Below, in pieces: positions 28,434 to 37,502 of a DNA stretch of 64,000 nucleotides (positions are counted from its first letter, which is position 1; the number at the start of each line of letters is the position of its first letter). Location of the stretch: positions 122,120 to 186,119 of IMG/VR virus record IMGVR_UViG_3300029286_002355; one strand, 5' to 3'. The translations under genes and the position numbers were made by a program. Source of the stretch: a virus. A model generated the notes under the pieces. That model did no database searches, was not told the DNA's origin, and was given only the letters and a program-made list of their open reading frames with translations.

Positions 28434-29048
28434 TTATAATTTTGTTGGTTTAAGTGGATAAAATGCCTTGGGAAGAGAATCATTATATAGAAAGTCAATG
28501 TACTTAGCAGGAACATCATCAACCAGCCATACACCATTATTTGAAAGAAAGAAATCATATCCTTCTTTTATCATAGCTTCTGTATCAATACGAAGAACAT
28601 GGGGACTTCCATGCCTAGAACCAACCTTTACCGCCGTATCATGATCCTTAGAGAGATGAACATGATTACGTTGCCTCTTATCTAAGCCATTAATTCTAAT
28701 AGATGGAATGAATTGCTTCGCCGTACCATGAAAGAGAAACTTGGGCGGTATATTAGAATCTAACTCTAAATCTACATCTACCGAATGACCTTGACAAGCC
28801 CTAATCTGCCACCCATCTTCGCTATACTCAAAACGTTTCTTATCGTTATCAGCAACAACTTCATCAAGAATAGCCTTGGTAATCGGTTCAAACCCTTCCG
28901 CTTTTTGAAAAGTATTACTTCGGTCAATTAGTTCTTTCACATCAACCCAACCATTCTTGTCCAAGGCAATCCCAATCGTTTCGGGTTTATGCCTTAGAAC
29001 CATGGCTAGAAACTTACTAACCCCAACCAATTCTTTTTTCAACGCCAT
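28434..29048 (-). CDS. kptA: RNA 2'-phosphotransferase (Tpt1/KptA)
   Basis: LRHKP, KKRF, IRACQGHS, LFHGT, RNHVHLS, GSRHG, NGVWL. Confidence 0.93.
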   Translation of the reverse strand: MALKKELVGVSKFLAMVLRHKPETIGIALDKNGWVDVKELIDRSNTFQKAEGFEPITKAILDEVVADNDKKRFEYSEDGWQIRACQGHSVDVDLELDSNIPPKFLFHGTAKQFIPSIRINGLDKRQRNHVHLSKDHDTAVKVGSRHGSPHVLRIDTEAMIKEGYDFFLSNNGVWLVDDVPAKYIDFLYNDSLPKAFYPLKPTKL

Positions 29049-29111
29049 ATTAACTCCTTTTCAACATTGTAAGACAACTTAATTATATTTCAACCATTTT
29101 CTTTGGAAATT

Positions 29112-30086
29112 TTATCGTTCGAAAAACTCGTTAGCATTTTGATAAATGAATCCGCATCGATTACTAAAGGTTTTATCGCTTGTAGAATCACCAACATAAA
29201 AGCATTTATTAGGATTTAATTTATATTTTTCAACTAAATAGACACCTAATCCGCTTAGTGGCTTACGGCAATAACATCTAATGGGAAAAGAATGATGTGG
29301 ACAATATACATAAGCAATATCAAATCCGATAAGCATATTAGTTTGATTGAAGCAAGCCTTAGCCTGAGTCTCGCTAAGATCCCCCTTCTCAATACCACTC
29401 TGATTGGATACGCCTAAAAGAAAATAACCCTCATAAACATACTTTTGGAGAATTTTCTTTGTATTGGGTAATATTTCAATATCTTCTGGTTTTAAGGGAT
29501 ACTTGCCACCACTCTTTGTTTTTCTAAGGGTTCCATCATAGTCTAAAATAACAGCACGATTATCATAACCCGAAGGAAGAGGCTTCCTAACAAAATCAAT
29601 TTCTATTATGTCAGAAAATCCTTCATCCATGGTAGGCTCTTGGAAGGCTTTCTTGTAGGCGTAAAGGGCTATAGAAGGAATATTACAGGGATCTTTATCT
29701 AACTTGCTACCATTAGGCCCTAAAATATCATTTAATGGGAATAGAGGCTTTGCGGGATCTAAGACATAGCGTTTCAAAATTCGATAAGCGGCATTATATT
29801 GTGCATCTTCTATTTTAGTTGTTACCCAAATGCATAATACTTTAAATCCATACTTTTTTGCTATATCAATTACACACTTCCTAGATTCTTTGGTTCCATA
29901 GGTATTATCAAGAACAAATTTTTCCTTGCCGCTATTTATTTGACTTATTAGTTTTTCGTTGAGCTTTTCAAGATTGCAGCCCATCTCGTCCCGATTCAGC
30001 CTGACATAGCCTTTATCGGTGTATGATTTTACGTGGGATGATTTACCTGCACCCTGTATCCCACATATGATTACAATTTCTTTCAT
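29112..30086 (-). CDS. Polynucleotide 5'-kinase/3'-phosphatase (PNKP-like)
   Basis: GIQGAGKS P-loop, VLDNT...R, HAD-IIIA DYDGTL, SNQSG, CRKP, VGD...D. Confidence 0.85.
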   Translation of the reverse strand: MKEIVIICGIQGAGKSSHVKSYTDKGYVRLNRDEMGCNLEKLNEKLISQINSGKEKFVLDNTYGTKESRKCVIDIAKKYGFKVLCIWVTTKIEDAQYNAAYRILKRYVLDPAKPLFPLNDILGPNGSKLDKDPCNIPSIALYAYKKAFQEPTMDEGFSDIIEIDFVRKPLPSGYDNRAVILDYDGTLRKTKSGGKYPLKPEDIEILPNTKKILQKYVYEGYFLLGVSNQSGIEKGDLSETQAKACFNQTNMLIGFDIAYVYCPHHSFPIRCYCRKPLSGLGVYLVEKYKLNPNKCFYVGDSTSDKTFSNRCGFIYQNANEFFER

Positions 30087-30643
30087 CGCCCCTCTCTTTC
30101 TCTTTCTTTTTCGGATGGTAGAATTTTAACATCCTCTATTTTGAAAACCGCCAACCCTTCATTATCCATTCCGCTTATCTTTGCCTTTTCCCAAAGAATA
30201 TTGTCTAGTCCTGTTCCAACATTTACACGACCCCAATTCCTGTAAACTGACGCAATCGCATGGCCCTTAAACGGAGATATCGCAAGAAGCTCGTCCCAAT
30301 TCTTATCACAATATAGACGGCGCAACCATATTTGAATTAACAATGTCCATTCTTTAATATCACCGCTACGCAATTTATTCATACATTGAGTCAGTTTGTT
30401 TTTGCATGTTTTCTCATGTTCTTTACCTGTCCATCCAAAATGCCCTAGTAATTTTCTAGAAGTGCAACCCGCTTTCATCGCAATCTCAATAAGTTTCTTA
30501 TCGGGATTCATCTTTTTAATAAGATACATGGCAAACGTATTAAGAAAAACTTCGGCTCTCTCGCTTTCTTCCTGTTCTCTATACATATCTGTAATACCAT
30601 CGCTCATAATTGGCTCCTTATTTCTTTGCCTTAAATAAATCAT
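30083..30643 (-). CDS. Hypothetical protein (start probably MSDGITD)
   Basis: Coupled ORF. Confidence 0.55.
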   Translation of the reverse strand: MIYLRQRNKEPIMSDGITDMYREQEESERAEVFLNTFAMYLIKKMNPDKKLIEIAMKAGCTSRKLLGHFGWTGKEHEKTCKNKLTQCMNKLRSGDIKEWTLLIQIWLRRLYCDKNWDELLAISPFKGHAIASVYRNWGRVNVGTGLDNILWEKAKISGMDNEGLAVFKIEDVKILPSEKEREREGR

Positions 30644-30836
30644 TTAGAAAATCTGGCACATCATACTTGCCCGAAGCTGCTGATTTACTATAATTAGCTA
30701 GATCTTCAAAAACCTTATATTTACCCATACATTCCGTGCACAGTAATACAGACCCCTTTTTAAGCTTACCTTTGGTCATCTCCCCAAGATAACACAAGCA
30801 TTTTTTACATTTTAATTCCATTGGATTATTTTTCAA
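30618..30836 (-). CDS. Hypothetical zinc-finger protein
   Basis: CKKC...CTEC. Confidence 0.55.
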   Translation of the reverse strand: MKNNPMELKCKKCLCYLGEMTKGKLKKGSVLLCTECMGKYKVFEDLANYSKSAASGKYDVPDFLNDLFKAKK

Positions 30837-31137
30837 ACAAGTTGTTATCTCGACAATAATTATCTGCTTGTTTTTCTGTCATGATTCTTCCTCTTACGGC
30901 TACCATAACAGCAGAACTGATAATAAAAAATTGGCTTCTTGCCCATAATGGTTTACCCTTATCGCTAAGTTCTTTAACTATTTTAGAATACGAAGCACTA
31001 AGCTTACGGTTTTTAATTAAATCCCTAAGAGACTCGTCATCAAGAGATTCTACCATTAAAACAGTGTAAATACCGTCATCCGATAAAAATGGATGTTTCA
31101 CTCTATCGTTATCGCTAATAAGCATGTTTGCCTCCAT
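30826..31137 (-). CDS. Hypothetical protein
   Basis: GGAGG in the start region. Confidence 0.5.
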   Translation of the reverse strand: MEANMLISDNDRVKHPFLSDDGIYTVLMVESLDDESLRDLIKNRKLSASYSKIVKELSDKGKPLWARSQFFIISSAVMVAVRGRIMTEKQADNYCRDNNLFEK

Positions 31138-31142
31138 AATAA

Positions 31143-31367
31143 TTATTCTGTTAGTCTCAAAAGATGGGGACGAATACCGTAGCAGCTTTGCATATCGGGT
31201 TCTCCTTCGGGATGGACAATAGCAAAAATTTCTTTGGTTTCGTAACGGACATTAACCCATTTCAAAACTACTCTTTTGTTATTAGTAGAATCAATATAGA
31301 TTTGTCCCGGATGCAACTGAACCAGATCATCAACTTCAACTTCTGTTTTTTGTATAGTTCTTTTCAT
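31143..31367 (-). CDS. Hypothetical small protein (start MKRTIQ at 31367)
   Basis: GAGGT RBS; the longer start in the ORF track overlaps the RNase P RNA 3' end. Confidence 0.55.
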   Translation of the reverse strand: MKRTIQKTEVEVDDLVQLHPGQIYIDSTNNKRVVLKWVNVRYETKEIFAIVHPEGEPDMQSCYGIRPHLLRLTE

Positions 31368-31388
31368 AGTTACCTCAATAAGTGAAAG

Positions 31389-31611
31389 CGAATACCTCAT
31401 AACCCGAATTCTGTTTCTCTTCTATCATTTGACTCACTTTCGTGGCAGGTTCTTATCTCCTGCTGCACCAACCCGACCATCAACGTATAGCTAACCTACT
31501 ACGGTCTATTTGGCTTGCTCCTTCATCGGTTATAACAGGTTTCCCCTCCCGGCTTAAGCTAAGGAGTTCGGAGTTTCCTCTGCTTTATGGCAGCGATAGA
31601 TCGAATATCCG
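31389..31611 (-). ncRNA. rnpB: RNase P RNA, minimal type-A-like, specificity domain nearly absent (~223 nt)
   Basis: GAGGAAACUCCGAA (CR-I) pairs with AACAGAAUUCGGGUUAU (CR-V); P2 UCUAUC/GAUAGA, P3 CUGC/GCAG, P5 CUCC/GGAG, GGAGCAAGCCAAAUAG, L15 GGGUU, P6 UAGCU/AGCUA, P18 GCAGG/CCUGC. Confidence 0.85.
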
Positions 31612-31614
31612 TTT

Positions 31615-31908
31615 TCATCCTTTATTAACTATAACCCATTTCTCAATTATTTCAAGTTCTTTTTTTGCCCCAATGTATTTTTTAATAGCTTCTATTACTT
31701 CAGTTGGAACGGCTGTTTCCCATATTTTTACCGCTTTTGTTCTTTTATAACGATCTTTATCGGTTTCAAAACAGTGTATTAAATTACCATCAAGGTTAAT
31801 AGCTACTTTAAGTTTTGGAATATAATATTCTTCAATTTGTCTTGTAAATCCATGAGCACGATCCAATATGCTATCACATATTTTTATTTTATACATTTCT
31901 GCTTTCAT
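31615..31908 (-). CDS. Hypothetical protein
   Basis: ATGA coupling. Confidence 0.55.
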   Translation of the reverse strand: MKAEMYKIKICDSILDRAHGFTRQIEEYYIPKLKVAINLDGNLIHCFETDKDRYKRTKAVKIWETAVPTEVIEAIKKYIGAKKELEIIEKWVIVNKG

Positions 31909-32111
31909 GATACTTTGAAACCCCCTATCTCTTCATTCGTAATTTTTCTATCGGTTTTAAGTATTGAACAGTTGAAAACAATTCCTTCAACGTCAGATTT
32001 ACCAAGGTCTACGCTGACATTCTGATAACCCATTCCGCTTTCGGGTAATTCCTGAAGTGTTTTAATCCACTTTTCATTTAACTGTAATGAATATGCTCTT
32101 CTTAGATTCAT
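31905..32111 (-). CDS. Hypothetical small protein
   Basis: AAGGAG RBS; LQELPESGMGYQ.V motif; promoter at 32130-32137. Confidence 0.65.
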   Translation of the reverse strand: MNLRRAYSLQLNEKWIKTLQELPESGMGYQNVSVDLGKSDVEGIVFNCSILKTDRKITNEEIGGFKVS

Positions 32112-32130
32112 GATCTCCTTTTATATAGTA

Positions 32131-32463
32131 TTATACAGAAATAAAAACGATAGACTTGGGATAATTATGGCCTACATAATCTTTTGCTGTAGATGAAAAA
32201 TATTGGAACTCTTCTGGCGGTGAAATTCCCATTCCCCAATAATCTTTGTAATTCTTGCGAAAGTAGAATATTTCTGGATTGGACAGGATATAGCAACTAT
32301 ATCGACTGCTATCTTGAAGGATCACTTCCAAGATAGAGGGAAGGATACGGATAATTTTCTCGTTATCAAAAAAACTTTGACCACCAACTGCTTTCCCGAA
32401 TTTGAGACAGAAAAACCTACATAGCATTGCCTCTGCACTCATATGAGTAATTGCCAGACTCAT
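32131..32463 (-). CDS. Hypothetical protein
   Basis: Fills the gap in operon orientation. Confidence 0.45.
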   Translation of the reverse strand: MSLAITHMSAEAMLCRFFCLKFGKAVGGQSFFDNEKIIRILPSILEVILQDSSRYSCYILSNPEIFYFRKNYKDYWGMGISPPEEFQYFSSTAKDYVGHNYPKSIVFISV

Positions 32464-32497
32464 AGGGTTTAATTCTTAAAAAGATTTAAGTTTCCTT

Positions 32498-32902
32498 TTA
32501 AGCCATATAACCTGTCAACCTAAGAAAATTTCTTATAACAGGCCACTTTTGCCATGTTTTAAATCCATCAATATAAAGACAGGTTTCTGCTGCTTTACCA
32601 TGCCACCCATAAACAAGAGCAAAAGCAGGGAACATATCCATGAATTTTTTACTCACGTGTTCGCTTAAGGGCTCGTCAACTACAACATCTACAATATCTT
32701 TCATAGGAACATATCGAACTTTTTCGTGGCATTTACATTTAAGTGTTTCCGTATGAACCAAATACGAAATTCCATCCGGCCCACATTCTTGAAACATTCT
32801 CTTTTTAATATCTTTGTCTTCCGAATAGGTCAGCAAAAGCCAAGGATCATACACGTTTTCAAAATGAGTACGGATGGTTATTTGTACAGGATATACAATC
32901 AT
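32498..32902 (-). CDS. Hypothetical protein
   Basis: Operon-oriented ORF. Confidence 0.55.
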   Translation of the reverse strand: MIVYPVQITIRTHFENVYDPWLLLTYSEDKDIKKRMFQECGPDGISYLVHTETLKCKCHEKVRYVPMKDIVDVVVDEPLSEHVSKKFMDMFPAFALVYGWHGKAAETCLYIDGFKTWQKWPVIRNFLRLTGYMA

Positions 32903-32904
32903 TT

Positions 32905-33129
32905 CTATATTCCCATATTCTCAAAATAGGAGTAATCTAATATTGGCCGTTTAGTAGCTTTTGCCATATGTTTAAGAACCCACTTTATTCCCTTGATTTC
33001 TTCGGAAGTAATATCAATAGGATCTACCGTACAAGAAACAGGCTTGTCTTTCTTATAAAACACTTCGTGAACGGCATACCAAGTATTTTTCCCCTTAGTA
33101 TGCCTCAATATTCTATAATTCCAAGACAT
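32905..33129 (-). CDS. Conserved small phage protein (start MSWNYRI at 33129)
   Basis: WNYRI....YAVHEVFY....P pattern; TAATG coupling to the LAGLIDADG gene. Confidence 0.6.
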   Translation of the reverse strand: MSWNYRILRHTKGKNTWYAVHEVFYKKDKPVSCTVDPIDITSEEIKGIKWVLKHMAKATKRPILDYSYFENMGI

Positions 33130-34253
33130 TATTTTTCTTTTTCCTCCGTTTCTTGTTTTGCCAATTTTTTCATTGCCCATCCAACCCTAGATAGCGTATA
33201 TCCTGTTGATTTAATAATTTCACTCTTGATTAATCCTTGGTTAAGCATCTTTTTAATAGTTTCCATAACGATAGGCGTTTTTTCTCTCTCTGAAACATAT
33301 CCTAAATCAACTTTATTCCATTTCCTAGACATAATAGGCAAATTCATTCTAATAGCTTCTCTCTTCATTGATTTTAGCAAATAGTTATCATATATGCCAA
33401 AATCAAGATAACGTCTATTAACCAAATCAACCACCCTGTCAAAACAACGCACATAGCATCTTGGGTCAACACCATTGTTTTTAAAATTGTTAATTAGAAA
33501 CGCATTAAATTTTCTATATATGCCCAACCAACTATCGTGGCACATTAGTCTCATGTAAGCAGCATTACAGTCTTTTGTATGATATATACACCCATCTCCG
33601 TCAATTAATCCAATCAACATTGACAACATTAAATCTTTATTTTTTTCTATAAGCGATATGTTTGGTGGGTTATATGTTTTATTGCTCTGAATTGAAAACA
33701 TGCTGCATAGCTTGGGAACACCATTCTTAGAATAAATACTAACTGTTACAGAATTATTGGTATTAGGTTTCATATCAGGAGAGGAAACAAAATTAGCAAA
33801 TCTACGAACAACATCTTCATCTTTTTTCGCCAAAGTAAGGACGCATTTTTTTGCTTTTAAATTAAAATGACCATCCGATAACAATAAACCTATCCAGTAG
33901 CAAGATATAGGGTTAAGATCTAATAGCGGCGATATATCTCCCTTTCCCCTAATAAATTTTATTTTAAGCCTGCTAGCAACGGAAATAATACTTGATTTTG
34001 GTCTAAGTGGCAAAAGTTGGCTAACTAACTTCCATCCTCCACGTGGATATTTATCATACAATATTCCAATTTCTTCGCTACTCCAACTCCTAGTGTTTCT
34101 AGAAAGCTTAAAAACTCTATAGGCTCTAGACTGTATCCCTACCCACGTTCTTTTAGGGAATTTATTGATCAATTCTTGTTTACTTAATTTAGAATAGTTA
34201 TCTTTTAATACTTGATCTTCTTCTTTTGACCACCAATTTATTTTTTCTAACAT
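33129..34253 (-). CDS. Free-standing LAGLIDADG endonuclease with N-terminal Myb/SANT-like repeats
   Basis: YWIGLLLSDG and LIGLIDGDG; WSKEEDQVL and WSSEEIGIL repeats. Confidence 0.8.
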   Translation of the reverse strand: MLEKINWWSKEEDQVLKDNYSKLSKQELINKFPKRTWVGIQSRAYRVFKLSRNTRSWSSEEIGILYDKYPRGGWKLVSQLLPLRPKSSIISVASRLKIKFIRGKGDISPLLDLNPISCYWIGLLLSDGHFNLKAKKCVLTLAKKDEDVVRRFANFVSSPDMKPNTNNSVTVSIYSKNGVPKLCSMFSIQSNKTYNPPNISLIEKNKDLMLSMLIGLIDGDGCIYHTKDCNAAYMRLMCHDSWLGIYRKFNAFLINNFKNNGVDPRCYVRCFDRVVDLVNRRYLDFGIYDNYLLKSMKREAIRMNLPIMSRKWNKVDLGYVSEREKTPIVMETIKKMLNQGLIKSEIIKSTGYTLSRVGWAMKKLAKQETEEKEK

Positions 34254-34305
34254 ATTAATTTATTCTATAAAAAGGCACCAATTCCTTCAAATAAAATAGT
34301 TTTTT

Positions 34306-34875
34306 TCATAGATCATGTTTTGACCCATCGGCATCTTCTTTCTCTTCTTTCTCTTCATTATCTTTTCCATCTGGTATTTCGTCGGATTCTTCATCGTTTA
34401 GGTCTAAACTAGGCATTAATTTTGTATTTAGCTTAGTGCCTTTATCCATCAAGTCTGGCAAACCATCTTTTTTATCAAACCAATTTACACCAACCGAGTC
34501 TAGTATAGCCTTCCAGTCCTCACAATCGTGCTTAATTAACCTCTCGTAGTCTGGATGAACATGGAGCAATTCATGAAAAATAATCCACTGCTTTTGTCTC
34601 ATGGTCCACGCATTCCAGTCACTCCAGAAGACTTCAATTAAATATCTTACCGGAATATTATGGACCTGAAATATAGCTTTTTCCGCTCCTTTAATTGGCT
34701 TAATTTTAGCAAGGGTCTTGTTCTTTTCGCTTCTTTCTACGTTTTCAATTCCCATTACTATAATATTGTCAGGTTGCTTTATACACCACATAAATTCTGG
34801 CTGATTTTCGCAAAGACCCTTAATCATTTCATCTGCTTCTTCTACTTTTTTATATACTCTAGCTTTTCTTCCCAT
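34306..34875 (-). CDS. Putative phage metallopeptidase
   Basis: W......KQWIIFHELLH...HDCEDW; acidic tail. Confidence 0.7.
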   Translation of the reverse strand: MGRKARVYKKVEEADEMIKGLCENQPEFMWCIKQPDNIIVMGIENVERSEKNKTLAKIKPIKGAEKAIFQVHNIPVRYLIEVFWSDWNAWTMRQKQWIIFHELLHVHPDYERLIKHDCEDWKAILDSVGVNWFDKKDGLPDLMDKGTKLNTKLMPSLDLNDEESDEIPDGKDNEEKEEKEDADGSKHDL

Positions 34876-35062
34876 GTTTCTCCTTATTGTTATCTTCTTC
34901 GATCAATTCCATAATCTTTGCAGTTGCTTTTTTTGACGGATTGGGTTGCTTTTTGAGAACCAAACCAATAACCATTAGTGTTTCTCTATCTGACAAGTTC
35001 CCGTTTTTCCAATCGCTAAGAACTTCTTTAATTAGTTTTAGTTTTTTGATTGTTTTTTTCAT
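34859..35062 (-). CDS. Hypothetical protein
   Basis: Coupled ORF. Confidence 0.45.
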   Translation of the reverse strand: MKKTIKKLKLIKEVLSDWKNGNLSDRETLMVIGLVLKKQPNPSKKATAKIMELIEEDNNKEKHGKKS

Positions 35063-35364
35063 TCTCCTACATCTCCATTTTCTATTATGGCTCCATCTTC
35101 TCTTGAATCCAAATATCTTCTCCTGAATTCATCTGCACAATGATTGGCTGCATATACAGTATCATGTAATTGAGTGTATCTATACTCCTTATCCTTCATG
35201 TATCGTTTCATCAGTTTAAAGATACAATATTCAAGCTCTCCTTTCTTATCGATTTTTTGAATCCCATTAAGATATAGGTCAAATTTCTCTCTATCTTTTA
35301 CGGCAATGTATGGCATATGATTTCTCCTTGTTTCTGATGTATTATACAGAAGGTTCAGCGTCAA
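35059..35364 (-). CDS. Conserved hypothetical phage protein (start probably MPYIAV)
   Basis: GELEY.I..L....Y......EFRRR....ED..I.ENGDV. Confidence 0.65.
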   Translation of the reverse strand: MTLNLLYNTSETRRNHMPYIAVKDREKFDLYLNGIQKIDKKGELEYCIFKLMKRYMKDKEYRYTQLHDTVYAANHCADEFRRRYLDSREDGAIIENGDVGE

Positions 35365-36049
35365 GGAGATCTTTTTCTAAATCTCTTTTGCGTTGAAGAA
35401 AATTATCTTTCCAATAATTCCACTTGAATTGATCACATCCATCAATTTCTGCCCAGTAATCATTGGCCTCCGAAAAATCAATAATTTCTCCATGCTCAAC
35501 CATCTGAATTCCAAATATCAAAATCCTTAGCGAATGAAAAATACTCTTCAATCCTCTTTCTATATCCATTTCTAAAAGCTTAATCTTCCCTTTGTGCCAA
35601 GCATCATGAGACTGCGATAAAAAAGCTTTCTTTAGCTTACCCTTGTCAATCTTGAAAACTTCTTTAAACTTTTCAGACTCTTGAACAACCGCAAAAGATG
35701 GAGCATAAATACATTCCAAATTAACCGCTCGATAATTCCATAAATCGTCTCGAAATTTGTCGGGTGTAACAATATGGAGGTTATACTTACTGTCTCTAAT
35801 TTCCTTCTCCCTGTCTAAACTGCAAGCTACTACCATAAAGTCATAGTCTGAGCCGGGATGATCGGTTCCATAAACCCTTGAACCATAAAGATATATAGCA
35901 CGTATTTTATGTTCGGGTAATTGGGAAAGAGAAATGATTTCGTCTTTAAAAAACGATAGTTCATTTAGTCGGAATTGGACAGTAGATAAGCTCATGGTAT
36001 TACTTTCGTATAAATAAAATAGATGGATTTTTAAGAGCACAATAATCAA
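35342..36049 (-). CDS. Pol-beta-superfamily nucleotidyltransferase (start probably MSLSTV)
   Basis: YLYGSRVYG....SDYDF (GS...DxD) followed by a helical domain KSIFHSLR. Confidence 0.75.
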   Translation of the reverse strand: MIIVLLKIHLFYLYESNTMSLSTVQFRLNELSFFKDEIISLSQLPEHKIRAIYLYGSRVYGTDHPGSDYDFMVVACSLDREKEIRDSKYNLHIVTPDKFRDDLWNYRAVNLECIYAPSFAVVQESEKFKEVFKIDKGKLKKAFLSQSHDAWHKGKIKLLEMDIERGLKSIFHSLRILIFGIQMVEHGEIIDFSEANDYWAEIDGCDQFKWNYWKDNFLQRKRDLEKDLLDAEPSV

Positions 36050-36344
36050 CTATTTTGGTTTCTCCGGTGTTTATATCTCTTAAATGAGCGGCTTTTCTTC
36101 CAATTGTCGTTTCAACATTTTCTAACCTAAAGATACTTCTCCCGATGACCACCAGAGTACCTTTTTTTGGGATTTGCCAATTGATAGGGATATGAGCTGG
36201 TGAATAAAATAAAATACGGGTATCAAGAGGTTCTTTGAATTTACCTCCATCATAACCCATAATGTTGCCATACATATCCAAAGGAGATTTCTTCTTAACA
36301 GATGATTGTATCCATCCGTCTCCATATGTCGGTACTAATGCCAT
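36000..36344 (-). CDS. Hypothetical protein
   Basis: Operon-oriented ORF. Confidence 0.45.
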   Translation of the reverse strand: MALVPTYGDGWIQSSVKKKSPLDMYGNIMGYDGGKFKEPLDTRILFYSPAHIPINWQIPKKGTLVVIGRSIFRLENVETTIGRKAAHLRDINTGETKIVDYCALKNPSILFIRK

Positions 36345-36345
36345 T

Positions 36346-36654
36346 TTATAGCCCCAATTGTTTCTTCATCGCCTCTTTGTTTGTAGATCCAGTAATTCTA
36401 ACCTTTTCATCTTTTTTGTCAAAGAGAATAATAGTGGGAACCGCACGAATCCCCAACTTTATAGGTAATTCGCTGTCATCACCCGCATTGAATTTTACAA
36501 ACTTAAACTTATCTCCGGATTCTTTTTCCATGGCTTCTAACATGGGGGAAATTTGTTTACAGGGGCCGCACCATGTAGCATAAAAATCTACAACCACCGG
36601 CTTATCTGAGTTTTCCACTTCTGCTTCCCAATTTTTACTGTTTATTTCTTGCAT
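36346..36654 (-). CDS. trxA: Thioredoxin
   Basis: VVDFYATWCGPCK, IRAVPT. Confidence 0.93.
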   Translation of the reverse strand: MQEINSKNWEAEVENSDKPVVVDFYATWCGPCKQISPMLEAMEKESGDKFKFVKFNAGDDSELPIKLGIRAVPTIILFDKKDEKVRITGSTNKEAMKKQLGL

Positions 36655-36660
36655 ATTCTC

Positions 36661-36873
36661 CTATTTCATGATGATTTTAACTTCTGGGTAATTGTCGTAT
36701 CGCAAATATTTCTTAGGAACCGTTAATTCATCTAGACCATCTCTATATAACCTTGCTGAATCTCTATCAAAACCAAAAAAATGTTCAAAAGTAGGATATT
36801 CTACCACTTTCCATTTTCCCGATAAGTCGTTTCTGCTTGGTAATTCTAAAATGACCCAATCTCCGGATCTCAT
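36661..36873 (-). CDS. Small hypothetical protein (ends PEVKIIMK)
   Basis: MRSGDWVIL start; related to the downstream array. Confidence 0.55.
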   Translation of the reverse strand: MRSGDWVILELPSRNDLSGKWKVVEYPTFEHFFGFDRDSARLYRDGLDELTVPKKYLRYDNYPEVKIIMK

Positions 36874-36960
36874 GTATTCTATCTCTCATGTTATTTCCTT
36901 CAATGATATTTTTCTACGCTTTACCTACGTATTTCTTTGTGCATTTCTTATATTATACAG

Positions 36961-37233
36961 CTATTTTCTTATTGTCCTCATAAATTTATATTGTTTGGCC
37001 TTTTCTAGTAGAGTAATAAACAATAAAGGAACCCCATATTGTTGCTCGCTCCATGGCATCCAAAACACAGGCAAATTATTTTTCCCTCTAAAAAGAGTAG
37101 CACATATACTTTTATTCCCGCTGGATTCTATCATTGCGGTTACTCTTTTAATACCATCATATATGTAAAAACGCCTTTTATCATTTATGCCACAACGGAT
37201 AATATAGGAAAAAATAATATCAAAATCACTCAT
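36961..37233 (-). CDS. Hypothetical protein, paralog of 37230..37502
   Basis: MSDFDIIFSYIIRCG vs MSDFDILYSFIVRCG. Confidence 0.65.
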   Translation of the reverse strand: MSDFDIIFSYIIRCGINDKRRFYIYDGIKRVTAMIESSGNKSICATLFRGKNNLPVFWMPWSEQQYGVPLLFITLLEKAKQYKFMRTIRK

Positions 37234-37502
37234 TGTATTATTACTCGCAGAAATTTAGCTCTTTTGGCTTTCTTTACTAGACGGCTAAATGGCATAACCA
37301 ATTTCTTATCTTCTTCTCTCCATACCATTGTTTTGCCATTTAGATAAACATGTATTCGTCTAATTCCTTTCCCATTACTAGTAGCCGATACCTCTCGAAT
37401 CCAATCAAAAATACGAAAGTTAGTTGTTCTAGATCCAGAATTGCACATGGTATCTTTGCCACAACGAACTATAAAAGAATAAAGAATATCAAAATCACTC
37501 AT
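37230..37502 (-). CDS. Hypothetical protein, paralog of 36961..37233
   Basis: Tandem duplicate, ATGA coupling. Confidence 0.65.
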   Translation of the reverse strand: MSDFDILYSFIVRCGKDTMCNSGSRTTNFRIFDWIREVSATSNGKGIRRIHVYLNGKTMVWREEDKKLVMPFSRLVKKAKRAKFLRVIIQ

